DNA of 64,000 nt from the NCBI GenBank assembly GCA_030141605.1, contig JAQGDQ010000325.1, positions 62,001 through 126,000 of the forward strand. The letters are read 5' to 3'. Source of the stretch: Tubiluchus corallicola (taxonomy: Eukaryota; Animalia; Priapulida). Shown piece after piece: positions 12,045 through 23,459 of this stretch; position 1 is the stretch's first letter, and each line of letters opens with the position of its first letter. The notes beneath the pieces were generated by a model. It did not search any database and was not told the origin of the DNA. It saw only the letters and a program-made list of their open reading frames with translations. Made by a program: the position numbers and the translations under genes.

Positions 12045-12650
12045 TAAGTAAAATTTTAAATGACTGTATCTTGTCAATAAGATCAAAATAATTTTTATTT
12101 AGTGAGTGGGGCACCCTTGAAGGTGAGTCAACGACATTTTACCAACTGACACAAACATTTTAAATATTGTTTCCAGCAGGTATGCGAAATGCTAAGTAAT
12201 ATAGATTTGCATTGAAGGTTTTGCGTAGGTGACTTCATGTAATGGCGACTTCGGAACAGTATTGAGGGAGATTTAAATGAAAACAAACAAAAATTTCTTT
12301 TAACGCGAGTACGATATATGCATAAAATTGCTGTAAAGCCGTATAATTTTTAATGCGATTTTCCTGAAACCTTTTTCAGGTAGGTTCCTTGTCCTTTAAC
12401 AAATTGTGTAAGGCAGTAGTCATCATTGGATGATTCGCGTTAGTTGTACTCCCTTGTGCTTTGTTAAAACTGATGTGTAGGGCCAATTCTGATTCCTAGT
12501 ACTTACAGAAATTACAAAGATTGTGGGAATTTTTCAGTGCCTTTTTACTCTTACTAGTTAGTGAAGTTGAACTGCATTTGCATTTGTTAGCACTGTAAAG
12601 CAGCTAATAAAACTACTTAAACCAAGTACAATACTTCTAGAATTTTGTGA

Positions 12651-13451
12651 AGTTTTATGCTTACCCAAAAAAGTACATAGCATGGGAGTGGAATATTAGG
12701 GGCTAGTTTTATGCCCACCCAAAAAGTACATAGCATGGGAGTGGAATATTAGGGACTAGTTTTATGCCTACCCAAAAAAAAGTACAATGCATGGGAGTGG
12801 AATATTAGGGCCTAGTTTTATGCTCACCCAAAAAAGTACAATGCATGGGAGTGGAATATTAGGGCCTAGTTTTATGCCTACCCAAAAACAGTACTGGGCA
12901 TGGGAATGAAATATTAGGGCCTAGTTTTATGCCTACCCAAAAAAGTACAAAGCATGGGAGTGGAATATTAGGGCCTAGTTTTATGCCCATCCAAAAAAGT
13001 GCATAGCATGGGAGTGGAATATTAGGGACTAGTTTTATGCTCACCCAAAAAAATGCATAGCATGGGAGTGGAATATTAGGGACTAGTTTTATGCTCACCC
13101 AAAAAAGTGCATAGCATGGGAGTGAAATATTAGGGACTAGTTTTATACTCACCCAAAAAAGTGCATAGCATGGGAGTGGAATATTAGGGACTAGTTTTAT
13201 GCCTACCCAAAAAAGTGCATAACATGGGAGTGGAATATTAGGGACTAGTTTTATGCCTACCCAAAAACAGTACAAAGCATGGGAGTAAAATATTAGGGCC
13301 TAGTTTTATGCCTACCCAAAAAAGTGCATAGCGTGGGAGTGGAATATTAGGGACTAGTTTTATGCCTACCTAAAAAAGTACAATGCATGGGAGTGGAATA
13401 TTAGAGACTAGTTTTATGCCTACCCAAAAAAGTACATAGCATGGGAGTGGA
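12651..13451. repeat. ~54-bp minisatellite, about 15 copies
   Basis: Unit gggactagttttatgcctacccaaaaaagtacatagcatgggagtggaatatta. Confidence 0.95.
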
Positions 13452-13969
13452 TGGAACAAAGGGACATGTTGGAATTGAAATAGCTGCATTTAAAATAGAT
13501 TTAAATGCTTGAAAATTTTGTTCCAGGCAATTTGCCATTAATTACTAAATTAATTCATATTCAGCTGTAGATTGAATTGGTTAAGCTAGCTCGTAGACTT
13601 GTTGGCTAGATAACTCATTAAAATTAAATTACTCCCGGTTAATTAGTATAAATGAGTGATTAATAATTCATTATTGTCGTTAAGTTTTAATGTCTTGCAT
13701 CCCACCGCATTGATTTCCTAATGTTGGCATAATTAGATAACCGAGCTTATGGCTGAGTTGCGCTGATTATGTGGTGCTGTTGTGAATTTTTTGGGGAACA
13801 TTTTCAATTTTGGTCGTAATCGGTAGAGTGAACGATAAGTGCTGTGCTTTATAATGATTATAAATATTTAATTTGAACTAGTATCAATTCAACCTATGAA
13901 ATTAGAAATTTCTTAAGTGCTACATTTGAGTTTTAGGTTGCAAGATATTTCTCACAATTTTACAATATC

Positions 13970-14061
13970 TTTACAACTGTGAGTAGTATCCTTACAACCG
14001 TGAGTAGGTCCCTTACAACTGTGAGTAGTACCCTTACAACCGTGAGTAGTACCCTTTACAA
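13970..14061. repeat. 21-bp tandem repeat x4 containing GTGAGTA
   Basis: cttacaac(t/c)gtgagtagta(t/c)c x4. Confidence 0.9.
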
Positions 14062-14093
14062 TGAACTTTGTACCTTTTAACCACTTATATTAA

Positions 14094-14729
14094 GGACAAG
14101 AAAAGTGATTTCTGAAGTAGGTTTCAGAAAAGTCACCTTAAAAAATTGTATTACTTTGCAGCAATTTTATGCGTATATCTTACTCGTTTTGAAAGGAATT
14201 TTTGTTTGTTTTCATTTTAAATTTCCCGCAGTACTGTTCTGATGGCGCCATTACATGATGTCATATATGCACAACTTAAATCAGGAGAAGAAAAGGTAAT
14301 GTTAAATTATGTCCCAAAAAACTTTCCATGAAAATCTTATGTAACTAGAAGTAATAATTTAAAATGCTCGTGCCAATTGGTAAAATGTCGCTGACTCGCT
14401 CTCCAGGGTGTGCCACTCATTAACCAAAGACGTATTTTTAATCTTATTGACAAGATACAGTAATTTAAAATTTCACTCAGTTAGTGACATGTGCGCTACG
14501 AATCCTCTGATTATTTTTTCAAACTTCACGCAACGTTATCGAAACCTTCAAACAACCTACCATCAAAATGGGTGTGGTTAACGGTCATCATGGGAGTTTT
14601 TAAATTCACAAGTTTTGTACAGCATTGCTGCCGATGCAAGCCCTGCATACAAAAAGGCAGTATGTGAGTGGTATAAAATTTCAAGATGAATTTTTTAAGC
14701 TTTATGTAAGTGTAGGGTTTTCTTGTGCT
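14094..14729 (-). mobile_element. Kolobok-like MITE family B, uninterrupted inverted copy
   Basis: Reverse complement of 10850-12395 without the nested inserts; TTAA flanks. Confidence 0.8.
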
Positions 14730-15280
14730 TTAAAGGTCAGCCAATTTGCACTGGCACTCAAACTTGTAGGTTATAGTGTTTCCTATACTGAATTTTATTC
14801 TCTGATTCTCTATACTGCTTGGCAATCTGTATTCTGCAAAGCATCATGTCAACATAAATGTCTGTTTTTTATGTAGGTAGTTATAACCGGACCGGAGTCT
14901 AGCTACTTTTCAATGGTAAATCTTTTTAGTTGAGCCACCGGATCAGCAGATGTCGTAACTACATTGCCTACACATCGTCCCGCTGCAAAGTGAAAATTGA
15001 GCACATTTTGATGGATCCATCGATTTACTCATCAGGTTCAGTGATGCTTAATGTTAGCCACTGAACGCATTTTGTAATTGCTCACCTATCTCTCTTTTTT
15101 TACTATAACAAAATTACTATAACAGAATTACTGCAACAAAACAGTAATGAAATCATATAATTTTGTGTTGTAGGATGGATGGCTATTTAAAGCAATTATA
15201 GTCCAATGCATTGCCACATTGAGATCAAGTTCAAAAGGACTCCATCATTTACTTGACCTTGACCTTTGAGCTTTGTGGCA

Positions 15281-15702
15281 ATGGCTTCACCGCGAAGCCA
15301 AACGCTGTACACCATAGAACAGATTGAACTGCTTCGCCGTCTTCGTAACAGCGGCATGACAAAAGAGCAAGTGTGCGAGGCATTTGACTCGATGGACCGA
15401 CTGGACAGAGAATTTGGTCCTGTGTATAGTAACAATACTCTGACGCCGTGTGCGCAGATTAACCCGTATGCCGCCTGCAATGGATTCGGTCCCGTCGGAA
15501 GCCCACGAGGTTTTCCGGCAGTTGGGACGGGGCCAGGCACAGACACGAGAAGCGACGATAGTATAGATTTTGTTGAGGACTCGGGCGCCGGCAGTCCTGA
15601 ACCGATGGTTGTTAATGGTCAAGGCCCTCACATGATGCCAGATCGTAATGGACAACCGTACGAAGACAGTCAGCTTAAAGCGGACATAGATGCTTTTACA
15701 AA
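15281..15702 (+). CDS. HMBOX1: HMBOX1-like coding exon 1
   Basis: ATG 15281, MASPRSQTLYTIEQIELLRRL...DAFT; donor AA|GTATGC; exon acceptor probably at 15172-15173. Confidence 0.9.
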
Positions 15703-17407
15703 GTATGCATTATTTCTTACTTATAAGAAGAAATTACAGAATTATTTAGAATTTACAAAAACAGCCAATTAATTATAACAACAACATAACGGAAAGAAAG
15801 ATACGGTTCATATTGTACTAGTACTACAGAACATATTAGTTTTTCTGGTTAAGAAACATTAACTGTTTCACTACGTAGTTGCTTTTTAACTGGTCCGCAT
15901 TGACTTTGCAAAATTGACAGTAATTTCATGTGGTGTGTTACTTAAACAGGATCTTGTAATTACACAAATAGTTGTTCGTTATTGAGTACTAATGTTAAAT
16001 ATTAGTTTTATTTCTATACATGTACACACATACGAGCACACATGCATGCACTCACGCAATAAGCATGTACTTATACTTCGAAACCAGTTTTCACAAAAGA
16101 CACAATACTAATCCATAACATGCAATCATTTTATAAGAATGCAGAATAATTAACTAAACATATGTTTCATCAACGATCTACAAGTGGTTTTGTATAGGAA
16201 CGTGCCATACAGTACATTATTGTGGAATGCACCTGGCTTCAGATGCTGATGGGCTGGTTAGTGTTACTTGTTGTGAAGCAACCCCAATCCCACGGCTGTT
16301 AAACTTCTCTACGATGTCACCGTAGCAGTAAAATAAACAGACCTGGGTGACGTGTGCTGAGCTTGGGCAACAGTCTACTGCCTTCTGTCCCTTGCACGAA
16401 ACACATAGGTGGCAGTGTGTTCCCTTCCATAGTGAAAGGGTTAAGTGCATTAAACAGTTTATAATGCAGATAAGTTAGTGTTAGAAAATCATCTTTTTGG
16501 CAATTTATTAACAGTATTCTCATATTAGAGGCCTGTGCAAGTATTAAAATTTAAATAAGTGTGCTTGCATAGCAAAATTGTCCTTAAGTCGGCCACAAAG
16601 GTTTCCTAGTTAGTCACATATCCTGAATTGTGAGGATCATTTTGATACCAAGTTCATCACTATGTTCTTCTGTCATGTGATTCATTTGCAGGACATGCAA
16701 AGTTGATTATAATTTTAAGAATATCTAAGACATTACCATTAAAAGTTGAAACTTTTCTTGTTCAGTCATAGTAGCAAAAGTAGGTACAAACTGTTGCAGT
16801 GGCGGCTCGTGTATAGGTACTGTGGAACTGCAGCACCCTCTATTTTCACTCGGTATTATCGATACTATTCAATACGAATGGTTTTTTTCTTAGTTCTTTT
16901 TTTATACTTGTACGGAACCAGAGCACGTGAGGGTAGTACTGTTTGCTTCACAGCCCAGCACAGTGTTCTCCAGCAATGCGATGTTTGGCTGTTGTGAGCA
17001 TTCGGCCATACACACATTTTTGAGCACAGGTAAAGAAAGTACTATCGCTCAGTACTGGATTAGTAAAACCTGGGGAAAATGTTACTGAAACTTAACCGAA
17101 AGTGCAATATCACCACATTGACTTAATCAAAACCCTCTAAGAATGCTTAGCATTCGCACATTCAATTAAATCTGTATGCTATTTGAATCTGATCATGGCT
17201 TGTTACTACGCGACTTATTATAGGAGGAAACGTTCCAGGGGGAATTGGGCTGATTAGACTGCAAGACATACATTGATGAAAATGTATAAGAATAAAGCTG
17301 GAATGCAGCAATTACTATGGAAGAGCCTGAAGAGAAGCCAAACTGCACTTGAATATTGCGACAGCGAATGTAAAATGGAATGTAAGAGAGAGAGGGATTA
17401 AAGAGAG

Positions 17408-17470
<63 letters not shown>

Positions 17471-20400
17471 CAAACAAAAACTTCCTTTCGGTAACATCAC
17501 TGATGACGAATTTCAATTTGATAAATTGTTTATAGAAAAGGCGAAAAAGTCATTTGTGAGGAAATACGATCTTTCGTCGGACGCTACAATCTCAAGCAGT
17601 ATGCCATTGCTTGGATGACGGGCATAAGTCAGTCGTACGTGAGCAGGTTTCTCAAAGGGGAGGCGTATGATATGTCGGACAGGAGCAAACGAGCCATATA
17701 TCGGTGGTACTTGACCGTAAAGAATGACCCTTCAAAATTAAGTAAGTGATGATTTTTGTGCTGCCCGAATTCTTGGTGATCTAGAAATAGAAAGGACAGT
17801 CAATTTAAAACCTCAACCCATTTTTGATTTTTTGATATGTTGTAGTTAACAGGTTGACCTTTCGTCCTCACTAACTTTAGGGTCAAGGATTTTTTTACCC
17901 ATCTGAAGGGGGGTCAAGGTCTGGGTCAAAATGTCATCAACTGAAAATCATCAGATAGGTTGGATTTGAGCCTGCATTTGGATTCTAGGCATTTTTCTGA
18001 TTAGAACGACACCTCTCCTATGATATTTGGTTCAGTAGTTACTGAGATATGAATTTTTGAAATTTCAGGCAAACGCGAGAAAGTGCGAAAATCCCAAAAT
18101 TTCAAATTGTCGTAACTTTCCAACATGAGGACTGATTCACCTAAAATTTTGAACATAAACTATTCTCATAAGGCCCAATAACCACGCGAAGTTTCATCAA
18201 AATCCGAGATGTTCGGGTGTAGATGATGCAAAATTTTGTGTGAACTCACATGGAATGACTTCGCTTTCAAATGAATGAGGCGATCAGTTTCTTTGATGTC
18301 CTTAATTGATTCTGGGAGTTCTTCTATTGCATTATTACAATTGTCATTGTATTTATTCATCTTTGAGTGAGCGAGCAGCTTTTTGCTTGTAAGTCAGACA
18401 TCGTTAATTAAGCTTGATAGTCACAAACCTATTTTCTACATAATGGTAGTGATCAGAAAAATAATGAATAATTATATTTCTTAAAACCCATATAAATTTA
18501 TCTTCTGCATAAGGGTAAGCATTCTCCATCGGAAAACCGAATGGAATTTGTGACATTCGAACTAATTTCCCCATTTTTGAATCTGAATTGTATTCCAATT
18601 AAATTGTAAAGATTTTCGATTAAATCACTGATAAAACGTGGTCTCGCAAAGATCGTGCATCGATTAAGACTTGTTTCTAAATGCTGCTATCGATAAGGCT
18701 AACTCTGATATCATCACATTTAGAAATCATAAATGAATATTTTATAAATGTGGTGGGGGGGGCTCACTGAAAAAATATGAACATAATATTGCTCGGAGAG
18801 ACTCGTATTGAGAGAACTATAGTTTACATTTATAAAAAATTGTGCCTTCAGGGAGGACAGGGTGACTTTTCATATACTACCCCATTTTCACGTACGGTAA
18901 AAAGTATACGTTTTAAGACCAATAATACTTCAAAAGCATTTCTGATAATTAAATAATAGAGTAAAAACTTAATTAACGACGGGGGGCAACTATTGATGAC
19001 GTCACAAACTAACATAAAGACATTCCATGGGTGTGTTGCACATGTTTGCGAAATTCAGGCGCTAGTACCCGTCGAAGTAGCAAATGTCGAAATGCATGTA
19101 ACAGCGATGAACAAGTGGCGTGAACGTGAAATTGCATTTGCTACTTTCACGGTTCAGAAAAATAGTATGTTTCCTTTCGATATTTTAAGAAGAGTAGATT
19201 GTTTTGACCTGCAGTTTAACATTGGGTCCGGTTTTGCTTTAATCAATAAATTTTTTAAAAGATATCAAAGTTGGTGTAGTTTGTCATTTACATGTGTTTG
19301 GGATAATTTAATTTATCCTTTTTTCAGCACAAACACCCGGTCCCTTCAAACGTCAGGTGACGATCAACGAGTCCGGAGAAGTTGTCCCGTGCAAGCGGGA
19401 AAGATTCACTTTCCGCTGGAATCACTTGGAGATCTTGGAGAGCTACTTCCGGGAAGACAGTTATCCCGACACGGCGAAGAGGCAGCACATCGCTGATGCT
19501 TGTAATGTAGCAGCTGCTCGACCAGGTAAATGATGATTATTTGAAAAATAGTTTCACCTTGTCAAATTGGCTTCACCTGAAGTTATTGTTGTTCCCGTTG
19601 ATTTCCTTATTAGGAATTGAATCATTCCTGAAGCCGTGATGCATTTTATATATTGTTTAAATCTATAAACAACACAACTGATAATATTCAAAGGCACTTC
19701 ACGAAGGTGTCTAAATTATTGTGATGACGGACTTAAAAAAGGTTTACAAGATTAAACAGAAATTCTACTAAATTTCATAAAATCGAAATAAGTAATTACA
19801 TAAAAAACACACAAATTGGACAAAATACAAGTGTATAATGGGCAAATAATTTGATTACTTCAAAGATTATGTTTTAATCTGCATTTTATAAGTGTTAGTG
19901 TTCAATAGTGTCCTGATGTGGATAGGCAGGCTGTTCCATAGAATTGTCCTGTAGGAGCAAATGACCTATCACCCACAGTGGAACAAGTCCTGTAATAGCA
20001 AATTACCTATCACCCACAGTGGAGCAGGTCCTGTAACAGCAAATGACCTACCACCCACAGTGGAACAGGTCCTGTAATAGCAAATGACCTATCACCCACA
20101 GTGGAACAAGTCCTGTAACAGCAAATGACCTGTCACTCATAGTGGAACAGGTCCTGTAACAGCAAATGACCTATCACCCACAGTGGAACAGGTCCTGTAA
20201 TAGCAAATGACCTATCACCCACAGTGGAACAGGTCCTGTAACAGCAAATGACCTATGACCCATAGTGGAACAAGTCCTGTAACAGCAAATGACCTATCAC
20301 CCATACTTGAACAGTTCCTGTAACAGCATATGACCTATGACCCATAGTGGAACAGGTCCTGTAACAGCATACGACCTATCACCCATACTGGAACAGTGCA

Positions 20401-21321
20401 CTCTAGGAATCGTAAGCAAAAGACTGTTTTATCTAAGGCTATACCGGTTTGAATTTGTTGGACGAATCGTGTCACAAATGTAATCAGGTGCCTTGCCTAT
20501 TTGTGAAATTTCCGTATTCTGCAAAGAGGTTGCAGCTACTGTGTTTGTTTTTTAGGTCACGAGCTGTTGGAAAAGGAGAAGGTCACTCCTCAGATGGTAG
20601 GCACTTGGTTTGCTAACAAACGGAAAGACTTAAAGAAACGTCTAGAAGGTAAGTAGTTATAATTTACAAGTTGCAGTCCTAGTGACATTCATAATTGTAC
20701 GTTATGCATCTAGAATTGAGGGAAATGGCCGAGTGGTCATGACATGTTCACGAATGTGCGCTTGTTTGCATTTTCGATGGGTTACCTAAATGAGTTTGCA
20801 CACGTGCACGAAATTTACAAAATGCGTCTGTTATGCCATCTAGTGTGGGAAATAAAGTCCAATTTTGTTTTTGTTAATTTGTGCTGTTTTTGTTCCATTC
20901 TGTGCAAGCCAGTATGCAACATTCATTAGATGGGTGTGCTGTAAAACGATAGTCGCGGCGGGATCTGAACCTAGAGTTTATTGTCCATGATAATCCTCAA
21001 TGGTGAGACGCTTAAATTGCCGAGGTTTTTTGCCGATATTCCAAAATTTTGATTACCGACTGAGGTTCAATGCGATTTCTTATGTTTTTTGGCATTTATA
21101 CTTGATTGATGCATATAAAAATGGATTTCTAATTAACATATTGACCTAGAAGGTCACGGGTTCAATTCCGAGATGGTTCCACTAGTTCTTTTAAACATTT
21201 AAGAACTTCGAAGTTGGAATGCTTAGGTTTATGGAGTAAATGGGGGTGATAATAATCGGGACCACCTTAATGCGGATATTGATTTACTTAAGGTGTTATC
21301 CGTGGACTATGTCCTAAACGA

Positions 21322-21363
<42 letters not shown>

Positions 21364-22650
21364 GTAGGAATAAGATTTCAAGAGTTATCATAAATGTTGC
21401 TGTCACAATGCATTGTGTCAAGACTTTTGTTAGTTGGGTTAAAAATGATACTTTTCAATTATAAAAACAAATTTATGTGCTTGCACAGCAAAATCGTCCA
21501 TAAGTTAGTAATTAAGCTTTTCTAGTTATTCACATACCCTGAATCTCCATTTCATGAGGATTGTTTTGATACCAAACTCATCGCTCTATGTTATTTCTAA
21601 GCTGAGATAATCCACGTTGAAGTTGAGGTGCAGGCTGCACACTGGAAAACATAATCTTGAAAAATCACTGTTAAAGCTTGCCATATTTTTTGTCACATTT
21701 CTATAAATCACTTAGCAACCACTCAAACATTAGTTGCTATGGACTTTGCAACACATTGAAGTTATGTTTAAATCCAGTAGATGGCCTTTCCTGGTGAAGA
21801 GCTGGGCTTGGCAGCAGAAAAAACCCGAAGCAAAATGACTGCTCCCAGGAGCTACAATCGGAGTTTGAAAATAAGAGTTTTTTACAATTGGCAGTACTAG
21901 TTTTTAGGCACAGAAGTGGGTATGGGGATTACTGAATTAGATTTTTAGTATTTTTTAAACAGTTTCCTGATGGTTTGACGCTAGAATATAAAAGTCCATT
22001 ATATTTAACATTTGTTTTTATACAAAAAAAACAGAAAATTTACATTTGTCCAAATTTTTGTGCATTGTTCTTTGAAGCATCATAATGTAGTTTTAACTAT
22101 GCCAACTTATGGATGGTTTTGGTTTGAAAGCAAACAAGTTGTAAAACCGATTATATCTAGATTATGCGATGTCTTTTAAATTTAGCATGACAAAGCAGGC
22201 CCATTTTTTCTGGACACCCTGTATTTTAATGTGGTAAAGTTATCCAAGTGATTAACTGTCATTGTGTTTGTTTAAGATTCTCCTCAACAATCACCAGTCA
22301 ACGTGTTGATGAACAGACGAGGTCGACCTCCTAAGCACTACTACACGCCGTTGTCATCAGCAGACAGATTGCCATCATTGCCTGCGCCGTCTGACCGTGG
22401 CGGCACGCAACTTACGTCTCACAACACGCCGCACGCACAATCTCCGAGCGCCGGACTCAGCAATCCCACGAATCCCGATCCCGTGTGTCTGGCCGCGGAG
22501 CTCGCCGCGGTGAATCACTCGATATTGGCGCTAGTGGACGACGGTCAAGGCGAGGAAAGTGATTGTAATGAGGAACTGAGCGGGTTGAACATACCAAACA
22601 TCAAACAGGAATACGAAGCGGCTAGCAAGTGCCAATATCAAGACAGTTAA
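15281..22650 (+). CDS. HMBOX1: HMBOX1-like HNF-class homeobox protein (about 430 aa, 5 coding exons)
   Basis: Exons 15281-15702, 17536-17741, 19328-19525, 20556-20648 and 22277-22650 (1293 nt, phases 2,1,1,1). Domains: N-terminal YTIEQIELLRRLRNSGMTK, POU-specific-like TGISQSYVSRFL...KRAIYRWY, extended homeodomain RERFTFR...YPD...IADACN...WFANKRK, C-terminal DPVCLAAELAAVNHSILAL like vertebrate HMBOX1. May be a paralogue. Confidence 0.9.
17410..17466. repeat. (GA)n microsatellite
   Basis: Direct inspection. Confidence 0.97.
17536..17741 (+). CDS. HMBOX1: HMBOX1-like coding exon 2 (POU-specific-like domain)
   Basis: tttatag|...EEIRSFVGRYNLKQYAIAWMTGISQSYVSRFLKGEAYDMSDRSKRAIYRWYL...|GTAAGT. Confidence 0.9.
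19328..19525 (+). CDS. HMBOX1: HMBOX1-like coding exon 3 (homeodomain helices 1-2)
   Basis: tttttcag|...KRERFTFRWNHLEILESYFREDSYPDTAKRQHIADACN...|GTAAAT. Confidence 0.9.
19640..20500 (-). mobile_element. Degenerate L2/CR1-group LINE 3' fragment containing a 41-bp tandem array (19946-20397, about 11 copies)
   Basis: Minus strand reads GKAPDYI...YSLR...LTIPR...GDRSF...WNSLP...FKxxIKT-like ORF2 C-terminus; the GDRSF-coding segment is tandemly amplified. Confidence 0.75.
20556..20648 (+). CDS. HMBOX1: HMBOX1-like coding exon 4 (recognition helix)
   Basis: ttttag|GHELLEKEKVTPQMVGTWFANKRKDLKKRLE|GTAAGT. Confidence 0.9.
21475..22130 (+). mobile_element. Dispersed MITE family D (gtgtgcttgca termini); inverted copy at about 37488-38148, partial copy at about 16558-16730
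   Basis: Long shared sequence, e.g. gcaaaatgactgctcccaggagctac and gtttaaatccagtagatggc. Confidence 0.75.
22277..22650 (+). CDS. HMBOX1: HMBOX1-like coding exon 5 (AT-hook and conserved C-terminal helix)
   Basis: tgtttaag|DSPQQSPVNVLMNRRGRPPK...AAVNHSILAL...IKQE...QDS-stop. Confidence 0.88.
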
Positions 22651-23459
22651 GCTTCTCTTCCTGCTGTGCGGTGGCACTTTATGACCGTGTTAAATATGTT
22701 TCATCATGACATACAGTGATTAGTGATACAAAAATCATTCTTGACAGTCATAACCGACAGTAACTACACTCATCTTGGTTTGCCAAATCTCGCTTTCATG
22801 GATACCGGAAGAAGCAGACAGAATCTGGACCGCTAAAAAAGTCTCGCGTACTACGGATAGTCCATTGTTTCGATGAGATGACCACTAGTTTGTGAGCCGT
22901 CACTTTGTTTACATCATTACATCAGTGTAGCCAAGCAGCGTGTAACGACATGTGTGTAGCTTGTATGTCAGCACATTTAAGTGATTAAATCAGTGTAAAT
23001 AAGTGGCTTAATCAGCGTGATTTAAGTGATTTAATTGTGATTTAAGATTACCGCGAGTCTAATACACGGCATCTACTGTATTAGCTTTGTATCGGTAAAT
23101 ATGGACAATCAGCAAATTCGGTCCGACGTCTCCCCGCTTTTGTCTGGCAAGCCGAGATGAGGTGACGTGACCATTTTAATAAAGGAAATCGTGTAAGAAT
23201 AGAAAATGTCGTGATTGCTTTATAGTGCAACTTTCTCTCATGAAATAACGTGAACTGCGTTTCAGACAATTACATTAAGTGAAAAGATATGACTAGGGGT
23301 GGACTTTACGGCGTAGCACATCACCTAAGTGTGACTGGAGTGCTCTCTGTATATAGATGTAGTTCCAAGATGAGTTAAGTGGTGTGACATCTTTTCAAGA
23401 GTAATAATTGTAAACTTGATGTCAAGGTTTAACTTGACGTAACATTCTTCAGGTGAATA

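Larger units (their letters stand above)
10850..12395 (+). mobile_element. Kolobok-like MITE family B carrying nested insertions
   Basis: ttaa|agcacaag...cttgtcct|ttaa; uninterrupted inverted copy at 14094-14729; partial copies near 31300-31760, 36710-36905 and 42190-42600. Confidence 0.8.

Noticed and set aside
12859-13275. 138-aa repetitive ORF
   Set aside because: Translation of the 54-bp minisatellite; neighbouring units of other lengths break the frame.
18993-19496. 167-aa ORF as a gene
   Set aside because: The 5' part is MITE family A and the 3' part overlaps HMBOX1-like exon 3 in a different frame.
20720-21300. tRNA gene (A-box-like tggccgagtgg, B-box-like ggttcaattcc); similar pieces near 33140-33210 and 49670
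   Set aside because: No complete cloverleaf; at best decayed tRNA-SINE heads.
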